Shown one piece after another: positions 18,664-30,931 of a stretch of 64,000 bases of DNA. The position numbers were made by a program, and so were the translations under genes. This DNA comes from Sulfurospirillum sp. (GTDB lineage Bacteria; Campylobacterota; Campylobacteria; Campylobacterales; Sulfurospirillaceae), in NCBI GenBank assembly GCA_045047115.1, contig JASFYR010000009.1, positions 32,001 to 96,000 of the forward strand, read 5' to 3'. Within the stretch, counting starts at the first letter, position 1; each line of letters starts with the position of its first letter. Under the pieces are notes generated by a model. The model did no database searches. It was not told where the DNA came from and worked only from the letters and a program-made list of their open reading frames with translations.

Positions 18664-20457
18664 ATGGCAAAAAAATACATTGACATAATGGATACAACCT
18701 TTAGAGATGGTTTTCAGTCGGTTTTTGGTGGACGAGCTCTCATGGATGACTTTATGCCGGCGGTTGCAGTTGCTAGAGAAGCGGGAATTACCCATTTTGA
18801 GTTTGGAGGGGGAGCCAGGTTTCAAGCACTCTTTTTCTATCTAAATGAAAATGCTTTTGATATGATGGATAAATTCCGTGAGGTTGCAGGACCTGAAGCA
18901 AACTTACAAACTCTCGCACGTGGCGTAAATACAGTTATGCTCGATACAGGCAGCAGAGAGCTGATAGATCTGCATGCAAAGATGTTCAAGAAACACGGAA
19001 CTACAACAATTAGAAACTTTGATGCTCTGAATGATGTGGAAAATTTAAAATATAGTGGAGAGAGGATCTCTCATCACGGATTAAAACATGAAGCAGTTGT
19101 TACTATGATGGATCTGCCACCGGGATGCAGTGGTGCTCATGATGTTGCTTTTTATGAAAAAACTCTAAGAGATATACTTGATGCCGGAATTCCATACGAT
19201 AGTATTTGTTTTAAAGATGCAAGTGGAACTTCCAGTCCGCAAAAAGTTTATGAAACTATAAAAATGGCTAAAAAACTTCTTCCGGAGGGTGTGCATGTAA
19301 GGCTTCATACTCACGAGACAGCAGGAGTGAGCGTCGCCTGTTATCTGGCTGCGTTAGAAGCAGGGATAGATGGAATTGATTTAGCTGCAAGTCCTGTAAG
19401 CGGAGGAACTGCTCAGCCGGATATCTTGACGCTTCTGCATGCTACGAAAGGTAAAGATTATGATTTGGGTGGCTTGGAGTTAGAAAAAATCTTAACTTAT
19501 GAAGAAGTTTTGAAAGATTGTTTGAGTGATTATTTTATGCCTCCGGAAGCCACACAGGTTTCGCCATTGATTCCTTTCTCTCCTATGCCAGGAGGTGCAC
19601 TTACAGCAAATACTCAAATGATGAGAGATAACAACATACTAGGAAAGTTTCCTGAAGTTATAAAAGCAATGAGGGAAGTTGTGGAAAAAGGCGGATATGG
19701 AACAAGTGTGACTCCTGTATCTCAATTCTATTTTCAGCAGGCATTCAATAATGTAATGTTTGGACCTTGGAAAAAAATAGCTGAAGGTTATGGAAAGATG
19801 GTGTTGGGCTATTTTGGTCACACGCCTTCAACTCCAGATAGTGAAGTTGTAGCTTTGGCATCCCAGCAGTTAAAACTTGAGCCGACAAGCGAAAATGCAG
19901 TAGATATCGCAGATAAAGATGAAACAAAATCTTTGGCACATGTAAAAGCTATTTTGGAAAAAGAGGGTATAGAGATAAATGATGAAAATGTATTTATAGC
20001 AGCTTCCTGCAAAGAGAAAGGCATAGCTTTCTTAAAAGGGGAAGCAAAAGTAAATGTAAGAAAAATAGATAAAAATGAAACAAAAAAAGAGGGGAATAAA
20101 AAAGTGGCAACAACAGGTAGTGGAGAATACACAGTAGTAGTCAATGGCCAAAAATATAATGTTCAAGTAAGCGAAGGACTTGATGCAAGTGTTGAGGTAA
20201 AATCCATCGCGTCTGCACCTCAATCCGGAGCACCTCAGAGTTCAAGTGGTTTTGAGGTCAAAGCTACACTCCCGGGTGTAGTTTTTAAAGTAGTGAGCAG
20301 TACTGGACAAAGTGTCAAAAAAGGGGATGTTCTGCTTGTTTTGGAGGCTATGAAGATGGAGATAGAGATAGTTTCTCCAAGGGATGGCGTGGTGAGTTCT
20401 ATCTTGGTTAAACAAGGTGACAATGTAGAAGATGGCCAAGCATTAGTTATATTGTAG
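18664..20457 (+). CDS. oadA: Oxaloacetate decarboxylase alpha / pyruvate carboxylase subunit B (carboxyltransferase + biotinyl domain)
   Basis: DTTFRDGFQS, HTHET, MPGG, VTPVSQ, EAMKM biotinylation motif. Confidence 0.9.
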   Translation: MAKKYIDIMDTTFRDGFQSVFGGRALMDDFMPAVAVAREAGITHFEFGGGARFQALFFYLNENAFDMMDKFREVAGPEANLQTLARGVNTVMLDTGSRELIDLHAKMFKKHGTTTIRNFDALNDVENLKYSGERISHHGLKHEAVVTMMDLPPGCSGAHDVAFYEKTLRDILDAGIPYDSICFKDASGTSSPQKVYETIKMAKKLLPEGVHVRLHTHETAGVSVACYLAALEAGIDGIDLAASPVSGGTAQPDILTLLHATKGKDYDLGGLELEKILTYEEVLKDCLSDYFMPPEATQVSPLIPFSPMPGGALTANTQMMRDNNILGKFPEVIKAMREVVEKGGYGTSVTPVSQFYFQQAFNNVMFGPWKKIAEGYGKMVLGYFGHTPSTPDSEVVALASQQLKLEPTSENAVDIADKDETKSLAHVKAILEKEGIEINDENVFIAASCKEKGIAFLKGEAKVNVRKIDKNETKKEGNKKVATTGSGEYTVVVNGQKYNVQVSEGLDASVEVKSIASAPQSGAPQSSSGFEVKATLPGVVFKVVSSTGQSVKKGDVLLVLEAMKMEIEIVSPRDGVVSSILVKQGDNVEDGQALVIL

Positions 20458-20465
20458 GAATTAAA

Positions 20466-20543
20466 ATGAAATTACAGAGCAAAGCTCGTGCTTCAGTCGC
20501 GAGGAATTTAAGAGGGGTTTTACTCCTCTTAAGGGGGCAGTAG
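20466..20543 (+). repeat. REP-like intergenic element (also reads as a 25-codon mini-ORF)
   Basis: gagcaaagctc hairpin, gcttcagtcgcgaggaattt core, ttaagagg...cctcttaa hairpin; similar to the copies at 36559 and 36635. Confidence 0.5.
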
Positions 20544-20544
20544 A

Positions 20545-21876
20545 ATGAAAAATCTAATTTTTGTGTTTCTGACATTTTTTGCTATCAGCTTTTTGGCAAA
20601 TCCACTTTATGCAAGTAGCAGTGAAAATGCTGTCCAAACTCACAAAGTTGTTCAGCAAAAAGAGCATGTGGCAAAGAGTATATCAGCTATGTTTAGCAAC
20701 TTTTATAAAACTACCGGAATTTATGCTTTTTTAAATCCAAGAGATGGAGCTACAAATGCCTTGGGTGAGCCACTGAGTAAATTTGCTCAAAGTTGGGGCA
20801 GAGTGATTATGATTTTGATAACATTTTTACTCTTTTATTTAGCTATTGCCAAAAACTTTGAACCTTTATTGTTACTTCCTATTGCTTTTGGTGGTTTATT
20901 GGCAAATATACCGCTTGCAGATATCATCGGGCACCATGGTTTTATAGGTACTCTTTTTGACGCAGGTATTAAGAATGAACTTTTTCCATTGATTATTTTT
21001 ATGGGTGTTGGGGCCATGACTGACTTTGGTCCGCTCATTGCCAATCCTAAAACAGCACTTCTTGGAGCTGCCGCCCAATTTGGAATCTTTGGTTCGCTCG
21101 TTGGTGCAGTTGCGCTTTCCCAATACACTTCACTTTTTGATTTTACACTAAAGCAGGCTTCTGCTATTTCAATAATTGGTGGAGCAGATGGTCCGACATC
21201 TATATTTGTCGCTTCAAAACTTTCACCCGATCTTATGGGTGCTATTGCAGTCGCAGCTTACTCTTACATGGCTCTAGTGCCGATAATTCAACCTCCGATA
21301 ATGAGACTTTTTACTACCGAGGAGGAGAGAAAGATTAAAATGGTACAGTTGAGAGATGTTGGAAAGATTGAAAAACTTATGTTTCCACTTACTGTCTTGA
21401 TGCTCTCTATATTGATTTTGCCTGAATCTACTCCTCTTATCGGAGCACTTACTTTTGGTAACTTTGCAAGAGTTTCAGGTGTTGTTGACAGGCTTTCAGG
21501 CACAATGCAAAATGCACTTATAAACATAGTTACTATATTTTTGGGATTGGGAGTTGGCTCAAAATTGGCTGCAGAAAAGTTCTTGGTCGCAGATACTTTA
21601 GGGATTTTGGCTCTTGGACTTGTTGCGTTTGCGATAGGAACGGCAGCGGGAGTTTTGATGGCAAAAGTTATGAATAAATTTTCAAAAGATCCGATAAATC
21701 CACTGATAGGCTCAGCTGGAGTAAGTGCAGTTCCTATGGCAGCCCGTGTTTCAAATAAGGTTGGAATGGAAGAAGATCCTGCAAATATGTTGCTCATGCA
21801 TGCTATGGGTCCAAATGTTGCCGGTGTTATAGGCTCAGCCGTAGCAGCAGGCGTACTGTTATCAATATTTAAATAA
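20545..21876 (+). CDS. oadB: Na+-translocating decarboxylase beta subunit
   Basis: [41 protein letters not shown]. Confidence 0.93.
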   Translation: MKNLIFVFLTFFAISFLANPLYASSSENAVQTHKVVQQKEHVAKSISAMFSNFYKTTGIYAFLNPRDGATNALGEPLSKFAQSWGRVIMILITFLLFYLAIAKNFEPLLLLPIAFGGLLANIPLADIIGHHGFIGTLFDAGIKNELFPLIIFMGVGAMTDFGPLIANPKTALLGAAAQFGIFGSLVGAVALSQYTSLFDFTLKQASAISIIGGADGPTSIFVASKLSPDLMGAIAVAAYSYMALVPIIQPPIMRLFTTEEERKIKMVQLRDVGKIEKLMFPLTVLMLSILILPESTPLIGALTFGNFARVSGVVDRLSGTMQNALINIVTIFLGLGVGSKLAAEKFLVADTLGILALGLVAFAIGTAAGVLMAKVMNKFSKDPINPLIGSAGVSAVPMAARVSNKVGMEEDPANMLLMHAMGPNVAGVIGSAVAAGVLLSIFK

Positions 21877-21886
21877 GAAGGAAATT

Positions 21887-23464
21887 ATGTTGAAGGTTAA
21901 TGGAATAGAAGATTTAGGTTTAAAAAATTTAGGCAAGATTTATCACAATTTGAGCTACGAAGAGCTTTTTGAGCATGAAGTTGCAAACAAAGAGGGAAGA
22001 GTTTCAAGTAGTGGTGCATTTATGGTGGATACGGGGGTATTTACAGGAAGAAGTCCCAAAGACAAATATTTTGTAAAACAAGATCCTTCACAAAAGTACA
22101 TCTCTTGGGGAACAATAAATCAACCAACAACAAAAGAAGTGTTTGATGAGCTTTTGGTAGTTGCAAAAGAGCAACTTTCAAACAAAGATTTATATGTTCA
22201 AGATGCTTATGCCGGAGCTAGTTTGGATAGCAGAAAAAGCATAAGAGTTGTATCTGAAGTTGCTTGGCAGGCACATTTTGTCAAAAATATGTTCATCCGT
22301 CCAGATGAAAAAGATTTGGAAAATTTTAAACCGGATTTTACACTTTATGTGGCTTGTAAGACTGTAGACAAGGATTATAAAAAACACGGTCTTAACTCTG
22401 ATGTTTTTGTTATCTTTAATGTAGAAGAAAATATAGCGATAATCGGTGGCACATGGTATGGTGGAGAGATAAAAAAAGGTGTTTTCTCTATGATGAACTA
22501 TTGGCTACCGTTAGAGGGTAAACTATCTATGCACTGCTCGGCAAATGTTGGTGTAGATGGAGACAGTGCCCTGTTTTTTGGTCTTAGCGGTACAGGAAAA
22601 ACAACACTCTCTACCGATCCAAAGAGACAACTCATAGGTGATGATGAACATGGCTGGGATGATAACGGTATCTTTAACTTTGAGGGTGGATGTTATGCAA
22701 AGTGCATAAATCTAAAAGAGAAGAGTGAACCTGAGATATTCCATGCTATAAAAAGAGATGCACTTTTAGAGAATGTTGTGGCAGATGAAAATGGCGTTGT
22801 GGATTATGATAATGGCAGCAAGACAGAAAATACAAGAGTCTCTTATCCAATATATTTTATAGAGAATTTTAAGGAAGATTCAAAAGCAGGTCATCCTGGA
22901 AAAATTATATTTTTAAGCGCAGATGCTTTTGGTGTACTTCCTCCTGTTTCAAGACTAACCAAAGAGCAGGCTATGTACTATTTTATGAGTGGATATACTG
23001 CAAAAGTGGCAGGCACAGAGAGAGGAATCACAGAACCGGTTGCTACCTTTAGTTCTTGTTTTGGTGAAGCATTTTTACCACTTCATCCAACAGTATATGC
23101 CAAGCTTTTGGGTGACAAGATAGACAAACACGGAGTTGAAGTCTATCTTGTAAATACCGGCTGGAGTGGCGGTGCTTATGGTGTTGGTAGCAGAATGAGT
23201 ATCAAAGCTACAAGGGCATGTATAAACGCTATACTCGACGGCAGTATCAATAATAGTGAGTTTGAGAAACTGCCTATTTTTGATTTAAGTGTGCCAAAAA
23301 CGCTTGACGGTGTTGAGGCAAATATTTTATATCCAAGAAACAGTTGGGCAGACAAAGAAGAGTATGATAAAACAAGTCAAAAACTTGCAAATATGTTTAT
23401 AAAAAACTTCAAAAAATATATCACAGAAGATTCTGACTTTTCAGAGTTTGGACCAAGACTTTAA
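21887..23464 (+). CDS. pckA: Phosphoenolpyruvate carboxykinase (ATP)
   Basis: [39 protein letters not shown]. Confidence 0.96.
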   Translation: MLKVNGIEDLGLKNLGKIYHNLSYEELFEHEVANKEGRVSSSGAFMVDTGVFTGRSPKDKYFVKQDPSQKYISWGTINQPTTKEVFDELLVVAKEQLSNKDLYVQDAYAGASLDSRKSIRVVSEVAWQAHFVKNMFIRPDEKDLENFKPDFTLYVACKTVDKDYKKHGLNSDVFVIFNVEENIAIIGGTWYGGEIKKGVFSMMNYWLPLEGKLSMHCSANVGVDGDSALFFGLSGTGKTTLSTDPKRQLIGDDEHGWDDNGIFNFEGGCYAKCINLKEKSEPEIFHAIKRDALLENVVADENGVVDYDNGSKTENTRVSYPIYFIENFKEDSKAGHPGKIIFLSADAFGVLPPVSRLTKEQAMYYFMSGYTAKVAGTERGITEPVATFSSCFGEAFLPLHPTVYAKLLGDKIDKHGVEVYLVNTGWSGGAYGVGSRMSIKATRACINAILDGSINNSEFEKLPIFDLSVPKTLDGVEANILYPRNSWADKEEYDKTSQKLANMFIKNFKKYITEDSDFSEFGPRL

Positions 23465-23482
23465 AACTTAAAAAATACTATT

Positions 23483-23505
23483 ATAAGGAGAGAGGCTCTC
23501 CTTAT
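23483..23505 (+). terminator. Stem-loop after pckA
   Basis: ataaggagag-agg-ctctccttat. Confidence 0.55.
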
Positions 23506-23528
23506 GCCTTTACATGCAAGGAGTTAAA

Positions 23529-24914
23529 ATGCATAAAGTTGCCTCAGGTAAAATAAAAAAATCAAGCGCGAAGATATTGGATGAGTTTAATGCCTCTATA
23601 ATGTTTGACAAAGAGTTATACCTGGAAGATATAGAGGGATCTATTGCTCATGTAAAGATGCTTTCGAAGCAAGGAATTATAGATAAAATTGCCAAAGAAA
23701 ATATCATAAACGGTTTGAAAACTATAAAAAAAGAGATACAAGAGGGTGATTATTTTTTTGATATAAAAGATGAAGATATACACATGTCTATAGAGAACAG
23801 ATTAACTGCTCTTATCGGTGTTGATGCAAAAAAGATGCATACGGCCAGGAGCAGAAATGATCAGGTTGCTTTGGATTTTAGACTCTTTGTGTTGAAAAAA
23901 AACAAGCAGATTGTAAATCTATTGATTGGGTTGGAAAAGGTATTGTTGGAGATAGAGAAAAAACATACAGATACACTTTTGCCCGGTATGACACATCTGC
24001 AACATGCCCAGCCTATAAATTTTGCTTATCATCTACTTGCTTACAGTTCTATGTTTAAAAGAGATATATCAAGATTTGAGGACTCTTATGTCAGAGCAAA
24101 TGTTTCTCCTATTGGATGCGCAGCACTTGCAGGAACTCCATACAGAACTGATAGAGAGTATGAAGCTGAACTTTTGGGGTTTGACAGTGTGAGTGTGAAT
24201 TGCCTGGATACAGTAAGCGATAGAGATTTTGCGCTTGAAATTTTATTTAATATTTCTACGGTGATGATGCATATATCCAGGCTATCTGAAGAGGTTATTC
24301 TTTGGAGTAGCAGTGAGTTTGGATTTGTTGAGCTTAGTGATGAGTATAGCACAAGCAGCTCCATAATGCCTCAAAAGAAAAATCCTGATGTCCCAGAACT
24401 CCTAAGAGGAAAAACAGGCAGGGTATATGGAAATCTTATCTCTTTGCTAACAGTCATGAAGGGTTTGCCGCTTGCTTACAATAAAGATACACAAGAAGAT
24501 AAAGAGGGTGTTTTTGACAGTATTAAAACAGCTCTTATCTCTATAGAAATTCTCACAAAAGCACTAAAGAGTATGAGTGTCAATAAAGAAGCTATGGCAA
24601 AAGCCACCAAAAAAGGACATTTGAGTGCTACTGATTTAGCTGATTATCTGACAAGTGAGTGTGGATATGCTTTTAGGGACGCTTATAAATTAACAGGCAA
24701 TATAGTCGGTTATGCTGATGATATTGGCAAAGATATGAGCGAGCTAGAGTTGCCTGAGCTGCAAAAATTTGAACCAAATATCAAAGAAGACATTATTGAG
24801 ATACTTAAACTCTATAACTCTATGAATGCTAGAAATTCACAAGGTGGAACTTCGATCAAAAGCACAAGAGAGCAGATAGAGTATTTTGAAAAATGGTTAG
24901 ACAAGAGAGATTAA
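23529..24914 (+). CDS. argH: Argininosuccinate lyase
   Basis: [28 protein letters not shown]; start placed at ATG 23529 after AAGGAG (ORF track starts at 23514). Confidence 0.95.
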   Translation: MHKVASGKIKKSSAKILDEFNASIMFDKELYLEDIEGSIAHVKMLSKQGIIDKIAKENIINGLKTIKKEIQEGDYFFDIKDEDIHMSIENRLTALIGVDAKKMHTARSRNDQVALDFRLFVLKKNKQIVNLLIGLEKVLLEIEKKHTDTLLPGMTHLQHAQPINFAYHLLAYSSMFKRDISRFEDSYVRANVSPIGCAALAGTPYRTDREYEAELLGFDSVSVNCLDTVSDRDFALEILFNISTVMMHISRLSEEVILWSSSEFGFVELSDEYSTSSSIMPQKKNPDVPELLRGKTGRVYGNLISLLTVMKGLPLAYNKDTQEDKEGVFDSIKTALISIEILTKALKSMSVNKEAMAKATKKGHLSATDLADYLTSECGYAFRDAYKLTGNIVGYADDIGKDMSELELPELQKFEPNIKEDIIEILKLYNSMNARNSQGGTSIKSTREQIEYFEKWLDKRD

Positions 24915-24926
24915 TCTCTCTTGTCT
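24899..24926. terminator. 28-bp perfect palindrome at the convergent argH/HIT junction (bidirectional terminator)
   Basis: agacaagagagatt/aatctctcttgtct. Confidence 0.65.
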
Positions 24927-24927
24927 T

Positions 24928-25284
24928 CTACAAAAAGTTCTTAGTATCGCTATCGGCCATATGTCCCCAGGATAATTTTGCTCCTCCAAGCAGATGAAAG
25001 TGTAGGTGCATAACCTCTTGTCCGCCATTATGGCCGTTGTTGGTTATGAGCCTGTATCCATTTTTGTCAAGTCCGAGTAGAGTGGCAACTTCTTGTATAA
25101 AAGATGTCATGCCAGCCATAATCTCAGGCGTTACTTGCTGGAAATTTTCTATTTCCGCTTTAGGAACGATAAGTATGTGAATTGGTGCTTTTGGATTGAT
25201 GTCATGAAAAGCCAAAAAATCATCACTCTCTAACACTTTATTACAAGGAATTTCACCTTTTATTATTTTACTAAATATAGTCAT
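24928..25284 (-). CDS. HIT-family nucleotide-binding protein (HinT-like)
   Basis: IFSKII, AFHDINP, GQEVMHLHFH. Confidence 0.93.
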   Translation of the reverse strand: MTIFSKIIKGEIPCNKVLESDDFLAFHDINPKAPIHILIVPKAEIENFQQVTPEIMAGMTSFIQEVATLLGLDKNGYRLITNNGHNGGQEVMHLHFHLLGGAKLSWGHMADSDTKNFL

Positions 25285-25434
25285 CTGTTATATCCTTTAT
25301 CTTCGGTTTATAACTAGTATTATACTGTTTTTTGTTTAAAATTTACTACGATTTCTTTCCGGTATTGATCTTGCTTAACTCTTTTTAATCAATATTTTTA
25401 TATAATAAAAGAAAATTATTTAAGGCAGTAAAAA

Positions 25435-26427
25435 TTGTATGATATAAAACAATCTATTAAGACTTGCAAGAGTCTAAAAGATTTGGAAGAGTTAAGACTA
25501 TCTTTGTTTGGAAAAAAGGGGTTTTTTGCGACACAATTTGCAAAAATGAAAACTTTGCCAAACAGTGAAAAAAAAGATTTTGCACAAAAGTTAAATGCTG
25601 ATAAAGAGTTATTTTTAAATCTTTTAAGTGATAAAAAAATGATTTTAGAATCCAAAGAGATCGAGCATGAGATGAAAGAGCAAAGTGTAGATGTAACACT
25701 TTTAAATTCTACGCCTACTTCAGGAGCTTTGCATCCTGTGATGGAGACTATGGATAAGATTATAGAGTATTTTGTGAGTATGAATTTTTCTATCCAAGAG
25801 GGTCCTTTGGTTGAAGACGACTTTCATAATTTTGAAGCTTTAAATCTTCCAAAATACCACCCCGCAAGAGATATGCAAGATACTTTTTATTTTAGAGACT
25901 CTATGCTCTTAAGGACTCATACAAGCCCTGTTCAGATAAGAACCATGTTGAAAGAGAAGCCGCCCATTCGTATAATATCTCCAGGAGCAGTCTTTAGAAG
26001 AGATTACGATTTGACTCACACGCCTATGTTTCACCAAGTTGAAGGTTTGGTGGTAGATAAAGAGGGCGCAGTTTCATTTGCAAATCTAAAGTATATACTG
26101 GAAGATTTTTTAAAGTATATATTTGGTGATGTTGATGTTAGATTTCGTCCATCTTTTTTCCCTTTTACGGAACCTAGTGCAGAGGTTGATATAAGTTGTA
26201 TATTTTGCAAGGGTAAAGGATGTCGTGTCTGTTCTCATACGGGATGGCTTGAGATTTTGGGAAGCGGAGTGGTTGATCCAAATGTTTTTAAGGCTGTTGG
26301 CTATGAAGATGTGAGCGGATATGCTTTTGGTCTGGGTGTTGAGAGAGTCGCTATGTTATCTCATAAGATACCAGATTTAAGATCACTGTTTGAGGGAGAT
26401 TTGAGATTATTGGAGCAGTTTAGATGA
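25435..26427 (+). CDS. pheS: Phenylalanyl-tRNA synthetase alpha subunit
   Basis: [38 protein letters not shown] start. Confidence 0.97.
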   Translation: MYDIKQSIKTCKSLKDLEELRLSLFGKKGFFATQFAKMKTLPNSEKKDFAQKLNADKELFLNLLSDKKMILESKEIEHEMKEQSVDVTLLNSTPTSGALHPVMETMDKIIEYFVSMNFSIQEGPLVEDDFHNFEALNLPKYHPARDMQDTFYFRDSMLLRTHTSPVQIRTMLKEKPPIRIISPGAVFRRDYDLTHTPMFHQVEGLVVDKEGAVSFANLKYILEDFLKYIFGDVDVRFRPSFFPFTEPSAEVDISCIFCKGKGCRVCSHTGWLEILGSGVVDPNVFKAVGYEDVSGYAFGLGVERVAMLSHKIPDLRSLFEGDLRLLEQFR

Positions 26428-28757
26428 TTATTACAAAAGAGTGGCTGGAAGAGTGGATCGACATAAAAGATATAGAGACGGATACTATAGCCAAAGAGCT
26501 TAACTCTATAGGGCTTGAGGTTGACAGTGTAACTAAAATAAGGATGCCAAAAGATGTTGTTGTGGGGCTTGTAGTCTCTTGTGAAAAACATCCAAATGCA
26601 GATAAATTAAATGTATGCAGAGTTGATATAGGCGATAAGATCGAGCAGATAGTTTGTGGAGCTAAAAATGTAGCAAGCGGACAGATGGTTGCTGTTGCAA
26701 AAGTGGGGTCGATACTACCAGGAGATTTTAAGATTAAGCCTGCAAAACTAAGAGACATAGATTCAAATGGCATGATTTGCTCCTCAACAGAGTTGGGACT
26801 TCCGAAGATTAATGATGGCATTATGGTGCTAGATGAGAGTATTGGAAAATTGGAAGTCGGTAAACAATTAAGTGAACTTCCTTTGCTTAATGATGATGTG
26901 ATAGAACTGGAATTGACAGCTAACAGGGGAGATTGTTTGAGTGTTCGTGGTGTAGCTAGAGACCTATGTGTGCCGTTTAATTTAGATATAAAGTCTATAG
27001 AGGTGAGAGAAGAGGAAGATAACCAGCTTGGAATCGGGCGAGTTTTGAATATAACAGTTGGTGATAAAATTGAGTCATCTTTTATATTTAAAGCACTTGA
27101 CAATAAAGAGATAAAATCAAATCTTTTGATAGATTTAAGACTTGCTTTAGTAAATGAGAGCGATGATGACCCACTTCAGAGATTACTTGCTTATGCAACA
27201 TATTGTACAGGTGTTTTACTTAGAGCTTATGATTATGAAGCATTTGGGCATAAAGAAGAAAAAGCACTTTTGAGTCTAAAAAAACAGGATAATGATCTTG
27301 ACGCCGTTATAGGTAAAAAAATAGTCTCATTTGTTGGTATTTCTCAAGAAGATGAGAGTAGAGCAAATTCTCAAATGAGCAGAATTATTATCGAAGCAAA
27401 TTACTCAAACCCAAATATAATTTCTGAAAATACATACAATAAAAAAATAAATTCAGACAGGCACCTGTATAGATCCAGCAGGGGCAGTGAGCCTAATTTG
27501 GATTTTGGTATGAATTATTTGATTAATACTTTTCAAAGCAGTAGCGATATAATGATATATGCGGGAAGTCAACAGGTGATTCAGGATTTTGATGAAGTTA
27601 TAATCAGTCTCCATCTTGATGATTTAAACAAGATGATTGGTGAAGAGATTCCAAAAAACAGAGTAGTTGATATATTAAAAAAATTAGACTTTGGTGTGAT
27701 TTTTAATCACGAACAAGAGACTTTGAAGATAGTAGTACCTGCCTTTAGGCATGATATAGTAAACAAACAGGACATTTGCGAAGAGATTGTCAGAATGGTT
27801 GGAATTGACAATATCACATCCAAGCCATTGCTGTTTTTCCAAAGTGCCAAACATAACGAATCATATAAAAATTTCAAAAAAAGGCAGGCATACAGATGTA
27901 AAGCTTCTGCAAATGGTTTTTTTGAATCTTTGCATTTTATTTTTGACAATAAAGAGAGAAATGTTAAGTATGGATTAAAAAGAGTTTTAGATGAATTGGA
28001 TGTTCTAAATCCGATAACAAGTGAACTTAATTCTCTTAGAACTTCACTGATTCCAAACATGCTGGATTCTGTAAATAAAAATATCAAATATGGTAAAAAA
28101 AGCATCCCTCTTTTTGAAATTGGAACTGTTTTTAACCAAAATAGAGATGAAAGCATAAAGTTAGCTTTTGTATTTAGTGGTGAAGAGAATTATGCAGATA
28201 TATCAAATCATGCAAAACCATTGCAGATAGATTTTTACTCGTTTGCGAGGAAAATTTCAAATGTAATTGGAAAGTTTGATTTGATTAAAGGCGTTGCGGA
28301 TACAAAATTATCAAATCCTTATGAGTTTGCAATTATCATAAAAAACGGTGTTGAGTTGGGATATATATCAAGACTTCACTCCAGTGTTCAGAATGATTTT
28401 GATCTCTATAAGACATATATTTGTGAGCTTGATTTTGATAAGTTGTCATTTGGAAAGAAAATAGTAGAACCATACTCTAGTTTTCAGGCGATTTCTAGAG
28501 ATTTGAGCCTTTTGGTACCATTAGATATGCCATACCACAAGATAAACAGTTTTATAAAAAAATTAAAAATTAAAAATTTAGTAGATTTTAACGCTGTTGA
28601 TTTATATAAGAGTAAAGAATTGGGAGAGCATGTAAGTCTTACTATTAAATTTAATTTCCAGGCAAATGACAGGACTCTCAAAGATGAAGACATAAAGAGT
28701 TCAATAGATATGATTTTGAATGAACTCAAAAAAGAGTTTGGTATTACTATAAGATGA
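26424..28757 (+). CDS. pheT: Phenylalanyl-tRNA synthetase beta subunit
   Basis: [32 protein letters not shown]-terminal anticodon-binding domain. Confidence 0.96.
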   Translation: MIITKEWLEEWIDIKDIETDTIAKELNSIGLEVDSVTKIRMPKDVVVGLVVSCEKHPNADKLNVCRVDIGDKIEQIVCGAKNVASGQMVAVAKVGSILPGDFKIKPAKLRDIDSNGMICSSTELGLPKINDGIMVLDESIGKLEVGKQLSELPLLNDDVIELELTANRGDCLSVRGVARDLCVPFNLDIKSIEVREEEDNQLGIGRVLNITVGDKIESSFIFKALDNKEIKSNLLIDLRLALVNESDDDPLQRLLAYATYCTGVLLRAYDYEAFGHKEEKALLSLKKQDNDLDAVIGKKIVSFVGISQEDESRANSQMSRIIIEANYSNPNIISENTYNKKINSDRHLYRSSRGSEPNLDFGMNYLINTFQSSSDIMIYAGSQQVIQDFDEVIISLHLDDLNKMIGEEIPKNRVVDILKKLDFGVIFNHEQETLKIVVPAFRHDIVNKQDICEEIVRMVGIDNITSKPLLFFQSAKHNESYKNFKKRQAYRCKASANGFFESLHFIFDNKERNVKYGLKRVLDELDVLNPITSELNSLRTSLIPNMLDSVNKNIKYGKKSIPLFEIGTVFNQNRDESIKLAFVFSGEENYADISNHAKPLQIDFYSFARKISNVIGKFDLIKGVADTKLSNPYEFAIIIKNGVELGYISRLHSSVQNDFDLYKTYICELDFDKLSFGKKIVEPYSSFQAISRDLSLLVPLDMPYHKINSFIKKLKIKNLVDFNAVDLYKSKELGEHVSLTIKFNFQANDRTLKDEDIKSSIDMILNELKKEFGITIR

Positions 28758-30046
28758 GTTTGCTTAGTGTTTCTCCTCTGGGGAGTTTTAATAAGGAGAT
28801 AGCAAATATAGCCAGTGACAAATCTATCTCTCACAGATGTGCTATTTTTGCTTTACTGAGCGATAAAAGTTCTGTTGTGAAAAATTATCTTCGAGCAGAA
28901 GATACGATGTGCACACTAAATATAGTTAAAATTCTAGGTGCCAAAATAGAAGATGACGGAAAAGATATAATCATAACTCCACCAAAGACGCTTAGTGAGC
29001 CAGCTTGTGTATTGAATTGTGGAAATTCGGGTACTGCTATCAGATTACTTATGGGCTTTTTATCTACATATAGAGGTTTTTTTGTGCTGAGTGGTGATAA
29101 ATATCTAAATACCAGACCAATGAGAAGAGTTGCAGATCCTCTTAGAGACATAGGTGCAAACATAGATGGGAGAAGCGATGGAGAGTTTGCTCCACTGGCC
29201 ATAAGAGGAGATGAGAATCTCAACTCTTTTGATTATGCAAGTAAAATAGCTTCGGCTCAAGTTAAAACAGCTTTGATACTTGCAGCTCTTAGAGCAAAAG
29301 ACAGTTCTACCTATACAGAACCAGTGCTCAGTAGAGATCATAGTGAAAAGATGCTAAAAGCTATGGGAGCGCAGATAGTTACTGCCCAGACATCAATAAC
29401 TATAGAGCCACTTAAATCACCATTAAAGCCATTGGATATTGAAGTTCCAAATGATCCCTCAAGTGGTTTTTTCTTCGCGGTTGCTGCTGCAATTACAAAA
29501 GGCTCAAAAATCAGACTTAAAAATATGCTCTTAAACAAAACAAGAGTAGAGGCATATAGAGTATTGGCTCGCATGGGGGCAAAAGTAGAGTTTATAAAAA
29601 CAGATTCAAAATATGAAGATGTGGGTGATATCGTAGTTGAATATGCACCCTTGAATGGTGTGGAGGTGAGTGAAAATGTAGCATGGTTAATTGATGAGTT
29701 ACCGGCTCTTTCTATCGCTTTTAGTGTAGCAAGCGGTAAAAGTATAGTAAAAAATGCAAAAGAGTTGAGAGTAAAAGAGAGTGACAGGATACATACAGTA
29801 GCTCAGAATTTGAAAAAGTGTGGCATTGAAGTAAAAGAGTTTGAAGACGGGTATGAGATAGAGGGTGGAGATTTTAAGAGTGCCAAAGTTCAAAGTTATG
29901 GAGACCACAGAATTGCTATGAGTTTTGCCATAGCTGGAGTATTAAAACCGATGATTATAGATGATGTTGAGTCTATAAAAACATCTTTTCCTAATTTTAT
30001 AGATATTTTATCAGAAATAGCAGAAACAGAAATAAAAAAGAGGTAG
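28754..30046 (+). CDS. aroA: EPSP synthase
   Basis: [34 protein letters not shown]. Confidence 0.97.
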   Translation: MSLLSVSPLGSFNKEIANIASDKSISHRCAIFALLSDKSSVVKNYLRAEDTMCTLNIVKILGAKIEDDGKDIIITPPKTLSEPACVLNCGNSGTAIRLLMGFLSTYRGFFVLSGDKYLNTRPMRRVADPLRDIGANIDGRSDGEFAPLAIRGDENLNSFDYASKIASAQVKTALILAALRAKDSSTYTEPVLSRDHSEKMLKAMGAQIVTAQTSITIEPLKSPLKPLDIEVPNDPSSGFFFAVAAAITKGSKIRLKNMLLNKTRVEAYRVLARMGAKVEFIKTDSKYEDVGDIVVEYAPLNGVEVSENVAWLIDELPALSIAFSVASGKSIVKNAKELRVKESDRIHTVAQNLKKCGIEVKEFEDGYEIEGGDFKSAKVQSYGDHRIAMSFAIAGVLKPMIIDDVESIKTSFPNFIDILSEIAETEIKKR

Positions 30047-30048
30047 AT

Positions 30049-30873
30049 ATGAAAGTTGTATTGGCAAAGCATTATGGATTTTGCTTCGGAGTAAAAAGAG
30101 CTATAGAGATAGCTGAAAACTCGAGAAATGCTTCAACGATAGGACCATTAATCCATAATAATGAAGAAATTATGAGATTGCAAAGAGACTTTAATGTTGA
30201 GACTCTAAATGATATGCAGGATGTTGATTGTGTGCAAAAAGCTATCATTAGAACGCATGGTATAGCAAAAGAAAACCTGAGATTTCTTAAGGAAAAAAAG
30301 ATAGATATAGTTGATGCTACTTGTCCATTTGTGACAAAACCACAGCAAATATGTGAGCAAATGAGCAATGATGGCTATGATATAGTGATATTTGGTGATA
30401 AAAATCATCCAGAGGTTCAAGGTGTCAAAAGCTATGCTAAAAGCAGTGTTTATGTTGTCTTGACTCCCCAAGAGCTGGAAGATAAATTTTTGTCGAACAA
30501 GATAGCTGTTGTTGCACAAACAACAAGAAAAGTTGATGAATTTATAAAGATTGTTAATTACTTGATAAAGAATCATAAAGAAATTAGAGTTTTTAACACT
30601 ATCTGCAATGCAACTTTTGAGAATCAAGATGCTGCAAAAGAGTTGGCAAAAAAATCTGATATTATGGTCGTAATCGGTGGCAAAAATTCATCAAATACAA
30701 AGCAGTTACATAGTATCTCAAAAGAGTTTTGTAAAGATAGCTATCTGATAGAGAGTGAAAATGAACTAAAGCATGAGTGGTTTGAAAATAAAAAAAGATG
30801 CGGTGTAACCGCCGGCGCATCAACTCCTGACTGGATTATTGAAAAGGTTATTGGAAAAATAAAGAAAATTTAA
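30049..30873 (+). CDS. ispH: HMBPP reductase
   Basis: [33 protein letters not shown]. Confidence 0.97.
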   Translation: MKVVLAKHYGFCFGVKRAIEIAENSRNASTIGPLIHNNEEIMRLQRDFNVETLNDMQDVDCVQKAIIRTHGIAKENLRFLKEKKIDIVDATCPFVTKPQQICEQMSNDGYDIVIFGDKNHPEVQGVKSYAKSSVYVVLTPQELEDKFLSNKIAVVAQTTRKVDEFIKIVNYLIKNHKEIRVFNTICNATFENQDAAKELAKKSDIMVVIGGKNSSNTKQLHSISKEFCKDSYLIESENELKHEWFENKKRCGVTAGASTPDWIIEKVIGKIKKI

Positions 30874-30931
30874 GTATAATATCAAACTTCATGCTTCCAA
30901 GCATGTAAAAATTTTAAAATAAGGGAAAGAA

